From: an uncultured Francisella sp.
GTDB taxonomy: Bacteria > Pseudomonadota > Gammaproteobacteria > Thiomicrospirales > Thiomicrospiraceae
Direction of reading: 5' to 3'
Length of the DNA: 64,000 nucleotides
Assembly: GCA_964416645.1 (NCBI GenBank)
Contig: CAYQEZ010000002.1
Coordinates: 2,444-66,443 of the forward strand
This document shows positions 23,839-32,911 of this stretch, piece by piece. Numbering within the stretch: position 1 is the stretch's first letter; each line of letters begins with the position of its first letter. The position numbers and the translations under genes are program-made. Under the pieces are notes generated by a model. It saw only the letters and a program-made list of their open reading frames with translations. It was not told where the DNA came from and did not search any database.

Positions 23839-24957
23839 ATGGCGCGTGATTATCGTTATGGTCACAAGTCAGCTGTACCTGCTCCTCGTCGCACCCAGCA
23901 GGGTGAAGAGGCGCAAGCTTCCGAACATCGCGCAGCAGATAAGCCAGCTAAGCCTTTCTCATCCATCATTCGCAAAAAGCCGAAACAGCAAATCTCCCAC
24001 AGCGCTACTGATGCGCATAAGTCCGTCGTTACCGAACCCACGAAAGCAATCAGTGAACCCAAGTTGAGTCGTGACAAGGCTCTCAACACCTATCGTCAAA
24101 GCAAACTTGAGTCATCTAGTGCTAAAACTTCTGTTGCTGATGACGATGTGCAGAAAGTTAAAAATAAAGTTTACCGTGATTCTTTGCCTAAACACATTCG
24201 TAAAGAACTAGAAGCACAAGAGGCTTTGGCGAAGGCACAGGAAGAACAGGCTGAAAGGGAGCGTTTGGCACAAATGGCGGCGCAAAAAGAAAAACGCCGT
24301 CAACGCTTGAGTTTAGGGAGCTGGTTGTCGATTGCTGGTTTAACGGTGGTGGGTATTGCTTGGTTGTTATATGCCCCTTTCTTTTTAGCTTTTGCATTTG
24401 AAATGGGATGGGTGTCAGAAGAAACGCGCAATCGTATGGATCCAGCCGCCAGTATGCGTAGTGAATTGGCAAGCAAGACCATTGAACCGATTAAAAAGTC
24501 AGCACCCAGTACAGCAGAAGCACCCGTTGAAGATCCCAATGCTGTTAAATACACCTTTTATGGGGAATTGCCTAAGGATGTGGTATTGGCAGGTGCGCAG
24601 CCATTAGCGGTTAAAACAAAAGCGCCTATGTATCTTCAGCTCTTATCGCTACCTAACGAGGCTCAGGCTCAAGCCGAGCGTCGTCGCTTGGTGCAAAAAG
24701 GTTATGTGGTACAAATGGCTACGTTAGCGGGTAAATCGGGTAATAATTACGTACTGCGCATGGGGCCTTATGATGATCAGCGAACACTGAATCGCTTAAA
24801 AGTCGAGTTACAAAAGTTAGGTATTGATGCACGTGAGGTGAGTTTAGCTAGCGTGGTTAAAGCATCAGAAGCTGTTAAAGTCACAACAAGCAATACGCCG
24901 AATCAGCCAAATAATGTACCAGCAAATAACACACGCGGTGCTGTTGCGCCGCGCTAA
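23839..24957 (+). CDS. SPOR domain-containing protein (FtsN-like, low-complexity N-terminus)
   Basis: One TM (WLSIAGLTVVGIAWLLYAPFF) and a C-terminal SPOR-like repeat (YLQLLSLPNEAQAQAERRRL...YVLRMGPYDD). Confidence 0.8.
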   Translation: MARDYRYGHKSAVPAPRRTQQGEEAQASEHRAADKPAKPFSSIIRKKPKQQISHSATDAHKSVVTEPTKAISEPKLSRDKALNTYRQSKLESSSAKTSVADDDVQKVKNKVYRDSLPKHIRKELEAQEALAKAQEEQAERERLAQMAAQKEKRRQRLSLGSWLSIAGLTVVGIAWLLYAPFFLAFAFEMGWVSEETRNRMDPAASMRSELASKTIEPIKKSAPSTAEAPVEDPNAVKYTFYGELPKDVVLAGAQPLAVKTKAPMYLQLLSLPNEAQAQAERRRLVQKGYVVQMATLAGKSGNNYVLRMGPYDDQRTLNRLKVELQKLGIDAREVSLASVVKASEAVKVTTSNTPNQPNNVPANNTRGAVAPR

Positions 24958-24977
24958 CCAGTTGGCGTTTGTACGAC

Positions 24978-26006
24978 TTATTGATTTTGGGACAGTGTCG
25001 TACGGTTGCGTCCATTTTTTTTAGAGTGATAGAGTGCTTTGTCGGTACGATGATACCATTCGTCCCATGTTTCTCCGGGTTTATAGCTAGAAACACCGAG
25101 AGAGATGTGAATGTTGTTAATCGTTTCACCCGTATCTTTACGTTTTAATTGACTATTCGCTACTTTGATACGAATGCGTTCTGCCAGTTGTTCTGCTTGT
25201 GCTAAGCTGGCATGCTGAATGAGCAGCGCGAACTCTTCTCCGCCGATACGTGCCAAAAGCTGAGAGGGTTCAATGACTTTTTGTACCACGCCTGCAATAA
25301 AGCGTAGCACAGCATCACCAATGAGATGGCCGTAGGTGTCATTGAATTGTTTAAAAAAGTCGATATCAAACAAGATTAGACAGAGTTGATCTCGTTGTTT
25401 AGTTGATTGCATGCCTTGTTCGATGCGTAAATCGAAAGCGCGACGGTTGGGTAGTTTTGTTAGTGTATCTGTCATTGATTCGCTGCGTGCCTCAATTAGT
25501 TCTTGTTGTAAAGATCGAATTTTAGTAGTAGCTGTGATGAGTTCTTGTTGTATTTCGGATTGTGACGAGGCAATTGAGCGGGTTGTGGCTAAGACGTTGT
25601 GCGTTAAGCTGGCTAGCGTTTGCGCATCAATATCGCCGCGTGTGGTCAGTTCATGAATGAAATTGTCGAGCGCTTGCGTGTGTTTGTCGACCCCTGTAGT
25701 CCAATCCATCAGACGAGAAATCATATGCTCTAAAAATTTACGGAAAGCTTGTTCCAGTTCTGAGGTGTCGGCTTGCTTGTCTTTGAGTAAAGATTCGTAA
25801 ATTTTCATGCCAAGTAAGTTGGTGTACCCATGGTGCATAACACCTTCATTTAGAAGTGAATTTAATTTTTTGTCATTCCCTAAAAAATATTCATACCACA
25901 CTAAAAAGTTAATGGGTGTGGGACTGACTTGATGCTGGGTAAATGCCTGTTCGATCTGATCGAAAATCGCATCGGCTTCGGCTTTGCTTTGAGTGTAAAC
26001 TTTCAT
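24978..26006 (-). CDS. Diguanylate cyclase (GGDEF domain, coiled-coil N-terminus)
   Basis: D.D.FK.FND.YGH, active-site GGEEF, and RxxD-like I-site context. Confidence 0.9.
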   Translation of the reverse strand: MKVYTQSKAEADAIFDQIEQAFTQHQVSPTPINFLVWYEYFLGNDKKLNSLLNEGVMHHGYTNLLGMKIYESLLKDKQADTSELEQAFRKFLEHMISRLMDWTTGVDKHTQALDNFIHELTTRGDIDAQTLASLTHNVLATTRSIASSQSEIQQELITATTKIRSLQQELIEARSESMTDTLTKLPNRRAFDLRIEQGMQSTKQRDQLCLILFDIDFFKQFNDTYGHLIGDAVLRFIAGVVQKVIEPSQLLARIGGEEFALLIQHASLAQAEQLAERIRIKVANSQLKRKDTGETINNIHISLGVSSYKPGETWDEWYHRTDKALYHSKKNGRNRTTLSQNQ

Positions 26007-26049
26007 GAATGGGTTAGCCTTGGTGTCAATAACTCTGTTGTAGCTTAGT

Positions 26050-26082
26050 CTACCACTTTTTAATTTTGTTTTTAAGTGGTAG
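26050..26082. promoter_or_regulatory. Inverted repeat in a divergent promoter region
   Basis: CTACCACTT-N15-AAGTGGTAG (9-bp perfect arms) between the GGDEF gene and the sirB2-like gene. Confidence 0.3.
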
Positions 26083-26122
26083 CATAAGTAATTTGACTAT
26101 GTATTAAAGAGAGTTGCGCTAA

Positions 26123-26485
26123 ATGTTGTTACTTAAATTGCACGTGTTATTTGTGCTACTGTCAGGTTTTGGGTTTTTTATGCGTGGGCTTGGGCATCTT
26201 AGAGGACAGCCTTGGGTGCAACGCAAATTGGTACGCATTCTGCCACATGTGGTGGATACGGGATTATTGGCAACGGCCATCGCGTTACTGGTGACTTTAG
26301 AAATTAGTCCACTGACCGACTGGGTGTTGGCAAAAATTATAGCCTTGATTGCGTATATTGTGTTGGGTGTGTTTGCTTTTAGAGTGGCCAAAACGCCAGA
26401 ACGTAAAGCTGTATTCTGGGGGTTGGCTTTGTTGGTTTTCGCTTATATGTATGGTGTGGCGATTACCAAAAGTGTGACTTGGTAA
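26123..26485 (+). CDS. SirB2-family small membrane protein
   Basis: 120 aa with four hydrophobic helices. N-terminus MLLLKLHVLFVLLSGFGFFMRG is typical of the SirB2 family. Confidence 0.65.
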   Translation: MLLLKLHVLFVLLSGFGFFMRGLGHLRGQPWVQRKLVRILPHVVDTGLLATAIALLVTLEISPLTDWVLAKIIALIAYIVLGVFAFRVAKTPERKAVFWGLALLVFAYMYGVAITKSVTW

Positions 26486-26495
26486 GCAACTCGTT

Positions 26496-26906
26496 ATGTC
26501 GATGCAGTTGCCGGTTCAGCAAGCGGAAACACAAATTCGTGCTTTGGGTCATAGAGTGACCAGTGCGCGGGTGATGACGCTGGCTTACTTATTACAAGCC
26601 GATAAACCAGTAACCCATGAGGAGTTATTGTCGAATCTGGCTCTGCCGATGGATCGTGTGACCCTTTATCGTGTTTTGGATTGGTTGGTGCGTCAGCGTT
26701 TGGTGCATAAGGTGACGACCGAAGATCGACTATGGCGTTTCATCGCTGGTGATGGGGGGCGTGTGCATCATCCGCATTTTTATTGTGAAAATAGCGGCAA
26801 GCTGATTTGTTTACCCGAGGTAGAAATCCCATCTATGCAGTTACCTAAGCGATTTAAGGTGTCCCACGTGGAAGTGATTTTTCACGGTGTGTGCGAAGAG
26901 GCATAA
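26496..26906 (+). CDS. Fur-family transcriptional regulator (Zur-like by context)
   Basis: Fur-family winged helix (RVT.AR..., TLYRVLDWL) and HHPHFYC metal-site region. The CxxC pairs are incomplete. It precedes a metal-uptake cluster. Confidence 0.78.
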   Translation: MSMQLPVQQAETQIRALGHRVTSARVMTLAYLLQADKPVTHEELLSNLALPMDRVTLYRVLDWLVRQRLVHKVTTEDRLWRFIAGDGGRVHHPHFYCENSGKLICLPEVEIPSMQLPKRFKVSHVEVIFHGVCEEA

Positions 26907-26923
26907 CGACTGAATGTCGATCG

Positions 26924-26949
26924 GGGCGCTTGAATGCGCCCTTATTTTT
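26924..26949 (+). terminator. Rho-independent terminator after the Fur-family gene
   Basis: GGGCGC-TTGAAT-GCGCCC followed by TTATTTTT. Confidence 0.6.
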
Positions 26950-27037
26950 CGCTACTATATGCAACAAGTAGGCAAAAGCAAATTAGTTATCCTTATAGCT
27001 CAGTTGCATTTATGGAAAGTATAGCGAGAAAAATGAA

Positions 27038-28576
27038 ATGAAAAAAATAAAATTATCTTTAGCCATTGGCTTGTTGGTGGCAGGTTTTAATGTTTACGCT
27101 AGTGATGACTTGTCGGCGCTGAAGGCACAAATTGCGGCGCAGCAGGCACAGTTGGAAAAGATGATGCAGCAAATGCAAGCCTTAGAAACGAAAGAGCAAC
27201 AAGTTGAGACCAAGGTTGCACCGATAGCTGCAGTCACCCCTGTTGCCAGTGAACAGAAACCCGTATCGAGTTATCAAGGTAGTTTAGACGAAGCGCGAGC
27301 AGCGAGTCGTAAATTGTCTGATCCTGTTAAAGTAGGTGGTATTAAAGGTAATCCATTTTCGGGAAGCAATATGAACCCTGATGTGGCAGTCATTCTCGAT
27401 GGCAGCTATGTCAATCGAAATCAATCGAACAGCCAATATGGTGCTTTGGGTATGCCAGGCTTTTTTCATGGTTTGGGTGCGGCACATGAAGGTCACGCGC
27501 ACGGTGCTGGTTATAACATGAATAATGGCTTTAACCTGAATTATGGTGAGTTAGTTTTTTCAGCAGCAGTTGATAAGTATTTCGATTTGTTCGCGGTGAT
27601 TCATGCTGGCGAATCGGGTGCAGCGTTGGAAGAAGCTTACGCCAATACACGTAGCCTACCGTTTAATACGCAATTGAAGTTTGGTAAATTCTTATCGGGA
27701 TTTGGTCGTTTGAATGGTCAGCACCATCATTATTGGGATTTTGCTGACCAGCCGTTGATTTACCAAGGTGTGTTTGGTTCACACGGTTTGTTAGAGAAAG
27801 GTGTGCAAGCCACTTGGTTAGCCCCGACGCGCAACTATTTACTGTTTGGTGCGGAAGTGTTGCAGGGTGAAAATGAGCAAAGTTTTGGTACGAAAGCGAT
27901 TAGCGTCAAAGCCAATAAAGTCACGAGCATTGAAAAAGAAACCGCTTTTGCTTCACAAGTCGATGGCGTTGGCTTAGCTGTTGGTTTTGTCAAAACAGGG
28001 TTTGATATTGGCAGTAGCAGTTGGATAGCAGGTGCTTCTTATGCTGCGGGTAACATGCGCTTAGATCACACAGAAGATGAAAAACCTCATGCAAAAAAGG
28101 GTTCGGTAAGTATTACAGGATTGGACTTAACGGGTAAATACTTTTTGGATGCGACGCGCTACCTAATGTGGCAATCAGAGTATATTAAACGTGAATTAAC
28201 GGATGCTCAGGTTGCGACCTATCCAAGCAATACTGGTGGTGTGAGTGATAACTTAATCATGCCTAAATTATCGCAAGACCAGTCAGGCTATTATTCGCAG
28301 CTCATTTGGAAGTTTGCACCGCAATGGCGCACGGGGTTGCGTTATGATGCGATTGATCAGAATAGCATTAAAGTAAATGGAATAGATAGAAACACACCCT
28401 ATGGCAATCGCAATACGGTGATGGTTGAGTACAATCCGACTGAGTTTTCACGAATTCGATTACAATACGCACAAAACGGGGCTTTTTTTACTGAAGAAAA
28501 TGAGCGTAAGCGCTTCGATGAAATTTTACTGCAGTTTAATATGGCGATTGGTGCGCACGGAGCGCATAGCTTCTAA
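27038..28576 (+). CDS. Putative outer-membrane beta-barrel protein, His-rich, with N-terminal coiled coil
   Basis: Signal peptide (..VAGFNVYA/SDD), Gln/Ala-rich heptad segment, His clusters (HEGHAHGAG, GQHHHYWDF, GAHGAHSF), alternating beta-strand-like pattern, C-terminal Phe. Confidence 0.7.
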   Translation: MKKIKLSLAIGLLVAGFNVYASDDLSALKAQIAAQQAQLEKMMQQMQALETKEQQVETKVAPIAAVTPVASEQKPVSSYQGSLDEARAASRKLSDPVKVGGIKGNPFSGSNMNPDVAVILDGSYVNRNQSNSQYGALGMPGFFHGLGAAHEGHAHGAGYNMNNGFNLNYGELVFSAAVDKYFDLFAVIHAGESGAALEEAYANTRSLPFNTQLKFGKFLSGFGRLNGQHHHYWDFADQPLIYQGVFGSHGLLEKGVQATWLAPTRNYLLFGAEVLQGENEQSFGTKAISVKANKVTSIEKETAFASQVDGVGLAVGFVKTGFDIGSSSWIAGASYAAGNMRLDHTEDEKPHAKKGSVSITGLDLTGKYFLDATRYLMWQSEYIKRELTDAQVATYPSNTGGVSDNLIMPKLSQDQSGYYSQLIWKFAPQWRTGLRYDAIDQNSIKVNGIDRNTPYGNRNTVMVEYNPTEFSRIRLQYAQNGAFFTEENERKRFDEILLQFNMAIGAHGAHSF

Positions 28577-28601
28577 AACCCGTTGTGCGGTCATCCGTTA
28601 G

Positions 28602-29510
28602 ATGAGGATAAATAGTGTGAAAAAAAGGTTTTGGGCGACACTGGTCGCCCTTTTCTGTTATCAGGGGTCTGCTTATGCCACGTTGAATGTGGTGGCAACT
28701 TATGGCTGGATTGGTGATTTGGTGCAGCAGATTGGTCAAGAGCGCGTATCGGTAACGGTATTGGCACAAGCCAGTTTCGATCCGCATTTTGTACCACCCA
28801 AACCTTCGTTAGCGGTGACGTTGCGCAATGCCGACTTGTTGGTCATTAATGGCGGTCAGTTAGAAATTGGTTGGTTGCCGCCTGTGTTGCGTCAAGCGGC
28901 TAATGCACGCATTCAACCGAATAGTGAAGGTTTTTTAGATCTGTCTAGTTTGGTAACGCTTTCTAACCCGCGTCCCCGTGCCTCGCGTGCCGATGGTGAT
29001 GTGCATCCCGATGGCAATCCGCATTATGTGTTTAACCCGGATAATATGGCTGCGCTGGCATTTGGTGTGGCGCACCAGTTATGTCATTTAGACAAGGCCG
29101 GTTGTGGGTTTTATGAGCAGTCATTAGCACGATTTGATCAACGTTGGCAAGTGGATATGCAAAAGTGGCAAAAAAAGCTGGCGCCATTGAAGGGTAAACA
29201 GTTAGTTCAGTATCATGAAAGTTTTGATGATTTAGCGCATTGGTTAGGTATGACTATCGTGGCGAATGTTGAGCCGGTTCCCGGTGTGCCGCCGAGTGCC
29301 AGTCATTTAGAAAAGCTGTTAAAACGGCTAGCAGATCAACAAGTGGTGATGGTCATTCAAGAGCATTTTCGAGATCGTGAAGCAACAGAGTGGTTAGCCA
29401 AGCAGCGTCAAGTTAAGTGGCAGGTATTACCTTCCGATGTGGGGGCGAGTGCGCAATCAAAAGACCTGTTCAGTTGGTTTAATGAGATTGTCGATAGGTT
29501 AGCCCCATGA
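28602..29510 (+). CDS. Metal (Zn/Mn) ABC transporter substrate-binding protein, ZnuA/TroA family
   Basis: Cluster-9 SBP pattern (VVATYGWIGDLVQQIG, DPHFVPPKPS, ADLLVINGGQLE, DVHPDGNPHY). The GTG at 28617 is an alternative start. Confidence 0.85.
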   Translation: MRINSVKKRFWATLVALFCYQGSAYATLNVVATYGWIGDLVQQIGQERVSVTVLAQASFDPHFVPPKPSLAVTLRNADLLVINGGQLEIGWLPPVLRQAANARIQPNSEGFLDLSSLVTLSNPRPRASRADGDVHPDGNPHYVFNPDNMAALAFGVAHQLCHLDKAGCGFYEQSLARFDQRWQVDMQKWQKKLAPLKGKQLVQYHESFDDLAHWLGMTIVANVEPVPGVPPSASHLEKLLKRLADQQVVMVIQEHFRDREATEWLAKQRQVKWQVLPSDVGASAQSKDLFSWFNEIVDRLAP

Positions 29511-30253
29511 GTTTATTAGAACTCTTCTGGCCTGCTTTGCTATTAATGTTGGCTTTATCGCTGCTGCTCGTTCCCTTTGGCACGGAAGTAGTGAAGCGAG
29601 GTGTGATTTTCCTCGATTTAGCAGTGGGGCAGTGGGCAGCCTTGGGCGCGGCAGTGGCAGTGTTATGGTTGCATGAAGCTGAGTGGGGGCTATGGTTGGG
29701 TGCCTTGCTGGGCGCTTTATTGGCAGCTTCGCTGGTCAGGTTTTTGTCGTTGAAAGCCAACTCGGTGGCATTGGAAGCACCGATTGGACTTTTGTATGCT
29801 TTGGCTTTGTCGGTGTTTATGTTGGTGCAAGCTAATGCCGGCAGTCAGCGCGAGGTGATTGCGGCTCTCGTCGCTTATGATGTGCTGTTTATTAGTGCCG
29901 AACAAGCGTTATTGAGTTTATTTGTTGCTGTGTTGGTTGTGGTGTTGTGGTTGCGTTGGGCATGGTTGCGTGAGCAGGGCTTTTACTGGATGTTTGCCTT
30001 AGTTTGTGCTTTTGCCGTGAAAATGGCAGGGCTGTTGGTGGTGTTTGCTTTGCTGTTGGCACCGGCATTAATGGGTTTGCCGTTTAGGTACCAGGCATTA
30101 TGGTCTAAGTGGTTATTGGCAATTGTGCTGTCTTGGTTAGGCTTGTTCGTTGCCTTCAGTTTCGACTGGCCTGCGGGTTATACGCTCGTAGCTTTATTGT
30201 CGCTGTCGGCTTTGTTGGTTTATGGCTGGCAGAGCCGTCGTTCGGTAGGTTAG
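29507..30253 (+). CDS. ABC-3 family metal transporter permease (ZnuB-like, divergent)
   Basis: 248 aa with ~8 hydrophobic helices. N-terminal GTEVVKRGVIFLDLAVGQWAALG resembles the ABC-3 signature. Start overlaps the znuA-like stop. Confidence 0.8.
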   Translation: MSLLELFWPALLLMLALSLLLVPFGTEVVKRGVIFLDLAVGQWAALGAAVAVLWLHEAEWGLWLGALLGALLAASLVRFLSLKANSVALEAPIGLLYALALSVFMLVQANAGSQREVIAALVAYDVLFISAEQALLSLFVAVLVVVLWLRWAWLREQGFYWMFALVCAFAVKMAGLLVVFALLLAPALMGLPFRYQALWSKWLLAIVLSWLGLFVAFSFDWPAGYTLVALLSLSALLVYGWQSRRSVG

Positions 30254-30328
30254 CGATCACCTTTAATTTTAGGCGCGAATCCGTTACCATGAGGGTATTG
30301 CTTAATGGTTCAGAAGGAAGCGACAACG

Positions 30329-30382
30329 ATGGCTCATACCTTGGCACAAGTGTGCATGCGTGCAGAATTAGGATTGGCATCG
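30329..30382 (+). pseudogene. Displaced 5-prime fragment of comM (first 18 codons)
   Basis: 48/54 nt identical by hand alignment to 32912-32965, the start of intact comM. Encodes MAHTLAQVCMRAELGLAS versus MAHTLAQVWTRAELGLAS. Similarity stops abruptly after GGCATCG. Confidence 0.75.
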
Positions 30383-30437
30383 ATAGATTCTGCAATGAAT
30401 CCAAAAAATTCTGTTGCAATTTCTTTTTATAGGAAAT

Positions 30438-30578
30438 ATCTTAAAACGCAATCTATTGGGGGCTTTGGGGAAGGGGTTGACCATTTTTATCCTGTAACAG
30501 ATTGATAATACCGCTTTTACCAAAAAATAAATTAGCAAGTCTGAAAAAAGCCGAAAGCCTTTTTTCAGGTCTTTCTTA
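30438..30578 (+). repeat. Intergenic repeat family, diverged full copy C
   Basis: Collinear by hand alignment with copy B: GAAGGGGTTG, TGTAACA..TGATAA, CAAAAAATAAA, AAGTCTGAAAAAAG..CTTTTTTCAGGTCTTTCTTA. Confidence 0.6.
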
Positions 30579-30604
30579 GAAAAAAAGAAGTTATGTAATG
30601 AGCA

Positions 30605-30773
30605 CCTCTAATAACCCAATGGGTAGGAAGTTTCTGCTTACGCAGCACTAAAGTGTGAAGGAAGGGGTTGCTAAAAATAGCATGTAACACAGTGATAAAA
30701 CCCCTTCTTTCAGCTAAAAAATAAACTTGGGAAGTCTAAAAACAAGCGAAGCGAGGTTTTTAGAGGTTTCCTA
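30605..30773 (+). repeat. Intergenic repeat family, full copy B
   Basis: CCTCTAATAACCCAATGGGTAGGAAG ... AAGTCTAAAAAC-N12-GTTTTTAGAGGTTTCCTA. Matches the reverse complement of 21797-21941 apart from a ~25-nt insertion. Confidence 0.7.
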
Positions 30774-30801
30774 ATCTCGCTAATACTGATAGGAGCTCAT
30801 T

Positions 30802-32850
30802 GTGAATATATTTAATCAGCGAAGTATTAAATTTCGTATCATGTTGGGTTTCGTTACTCTTGGATTTTTATTGTTAGTCATTGTTCTGGCTAGTTGGTTT
30901 ACACTGAATCATGTGCAGTCATTAGCAAAGCAAATCATTGAAAAGTATGAGCCGCAAGTTGATCGTATGACTAAGGTTGAGTTGTTGATGATTAGGATTT
31001 CATTAGAGTCACGTCATGCTATTTTGTCTGCTAATGAACCAACACAATTAAAGGCAACCCTGGATAGAATTCACGACAATCGTCGTGAGTTAGTTGAACT
31101 CATTCATGAAACAGAAAAGAATTTATCTACCTTGAAAGGTCGTGAAATTTTAGAACGAATAAAAGAAGGCGACGCCCTATTTTGGCAAATCGCCTTAAAA
31201 ATTGTTGACAATGCCCAAAACGGCAATGTGCAGAAAGCCTACGAATTGCTTACCTCGGAAGTTGTTCCAGCGCGTAACAAGCAACTCGCTAATATTGAAG
31301 AGCAGAAAATGTGGCAACGCGAGTTAATGAGTCAAGCACTGAATGAAGCCAGTGAAGTTGTTGCTTTAGTCAAATCATTATTACTATTTATGTTATTAGG
31401 CGTGTCTACCCTAGTAAGTTTTTTCTTGTTGCGCTTAGTCAATTCCATTACGCAGCCATTGGATCATTTATTGGCAACCATTGTAAGTATTGAACGTAGC
31501 AAAGACTACGGACAGCGTGTTCAAGTTGTTAGTTTTGATGAAGTAGCACATACAGCCCTTGCTTTTAATCGCATGATGGACATAGTAGAAAATCATAGCA
31601 ATCAATTGGCTATGCATCAGGAAATTTTAGAACAAACGGTGCAACAAAGAACATCCGAACTGAGTGCAGCCTTAGAAGCTGCTAAAGCTGCCAGTAAAGC
31701 GAAAAGTAATTTTCTTGCAAATATGAGTCATGAAATTCGTACCCCTATGAATGGAATCATTGGAATGACAGAACTGGCTTTAGCTAGCAACAATGAAATG
31801 GAAAGATTGGAATACATGAAAATTGTTAAAAGTTCAGCTGCAACTCTGCTCGCAATTATTAATGATATTCTCGATTTTTCTAAAATTGAAGCCAATAAGA
31901 TGATGCTAGAGCAAATCAGCTTTCAATTGCGTGAAACAGTTAATGAATCGATAAAAATTTTGCTTCTTAGAGCAAAAGAAAAAGACATTGATATTATTTG
32001 TCAGTTTGATGACAAGCTGCCTAACAATCTTATCGGAGATCCAACCAGATTGGGGCAAATCCTTATTAATTTAATTGGCAACGCAATTAAATTTACAGAA
32101 CAAGGAAAGGTAGTAATTACTTTTGCTCTTGAAGGCATGTTTGAAGACCAACAAAAAGTGGTTTTGTTTGTGAGCGTTGAAGATACTGGTATTGGAATTC
32201 CTTCGGACAAGCTTGATACTATTTTTGAATCCTTTGCACAGGCTGATGTCTCAACCACACGGCGTTACGGCGGTACTGGGCTTGGTCTTGCCATAACCAA
32301 TAGCTTGGTGCAATTAATGGGCGGAAGCATGAGCGTTGAAAGTGAATTAGGAAAAGGCAGCACATTTCATTTCACGGTCATTATGTCAGTTGACCATAAT
32401 CCCAAGCATGTTAGCCAAACTCATATGATCAAGAACAAATCTATAGAAAGCAATCATAATCCTAGTTTAAACATTCTGCTGGTTGAAGATAATGCCATTA
32501 ACCAGATGTTAGCGATTCGTTTACTCGAAAAGTGGGGGCATAGAGTAACGCTTGCCGAAAATGGTCAGCAAGCGGTTGATCGGTTGTGTGTTGCAAACGA
32601 GCAATTTGATTTAGTTCTAATGGACATGCAAATGCCCATTATGGGCGGTATTGAAGCAACTCAACTCATTCGAGTTGATGAAAGCAGTAAAGGAAAACCT
32701 CATCAACTTATTATCGCTATGACTGCAAACGCCATGGAAACAGACAAAGAGGCTTGCTTGGCTTCTGGCATGGATGATTTTATTACAAAACCCATTAATC
32801 AGTTGTTGTTAAAAGAAAAAATAAGCAATTTTTTGCACCAACCTAGTTAA
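30802..32850 (+). CDS. Hybrid sensor histidine kinase/response regulator
   Basis: GTG start 6 nt after AGGAG. Periplasmic helical sensor between two TMs, HAMP, HisKA ([11 protein letters not shown]), HATPase (GNAIKFT, DTGIGI, GGTGLGL), C-terminal receiver ([15 protein letters not shown]). Confidence 0.92.
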   Translation: MNIFNQRSIKFRIMLGFVTLGFLLLVIVLASWFTLNHVQSLAKQIIEKYEPQVDRMTKVELLMIRISLESRHAILSANEPTQLKATLDRIHDNRRELVELIHETEKNLSTLKGREILERIKEGDALFWQIALKIVDNAQNGNVQKAYELLTSEVVPARNKQLANIEEQKMWQRELMSQALNEASEVVALVKSLLLFMLLGVSTLVSFFLLRLVNSITQPLDHLLATIVSIERSKDYGQRVQVVSFDEVAHTALAFNRMMDIVENHSNQLAMHQEILEQTVQQRTSELSAALEAAKAASKAKSNFLANMSHEIRTPMNGIIGMTELALASNNEMERLEYMKIVKSSAATLLAIINDILDFSKIEANKMMLEQISFQLRETVNESIKILLLRAKEKDIDIICQFDDKLPNNLIGDPTRLGQILINLIGNAIKFTEQGKVVITFALEGMFEDQQKVVLFVSVEDTGIGIPSDKLDTIFESFAQADVSTTRRYGGTGLGLAITNSLVQLMGGSMSVESELGKGSTFHFTVIMSVDHNPKHVSQTHMIKNKSIESNHNPSLNILLVEDNAINQMLAIRLLEKWGHRVTLAENGQQAVDRLCVANEQFDLVLMDMQMPIMGGIEATQLIRVDESSKGKPHQLIIAMTANAMETDKEACLASGMDDFITKPINQLLLKEKISNFLHQPS

Positions 32851-32911
32851 GTATTGTGTAAGATATGAGCAATATGTCGTATCTTAACGATACTTAAGGA
32901 ATCTATACAAC

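Noticed and set aside
26959-27009. ATGCAAC-N37-GTTGCAT as a Zur box upstream of the outer-membrane protein gene.
   Set aside because: The spacing and sequence do not resemble known Fur/Zur 7-1-7 or 19-bp A/T palindromes. It is kept only as a note within the metal-cluster finding.
30342-30356. Sigma-54-like TGGCAC-N5-TGCA motif inside the comM repeat. ntrC is in the window.
   Set aside because: The GG-to-GC spacing is one nucleotide short of the -24/-12 consensus. The second comM copy lacks the -12 GC. The motif is explained by the coding sequence (LAQV).
30305-30505. A 66-aa ORF that could be read as a small gene.
   Set aside because: Residues 9-26 are simply the duplicated comM start, and the remainder runs into the intergenic repeat. 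It is better explained as a pseudogene fragment.
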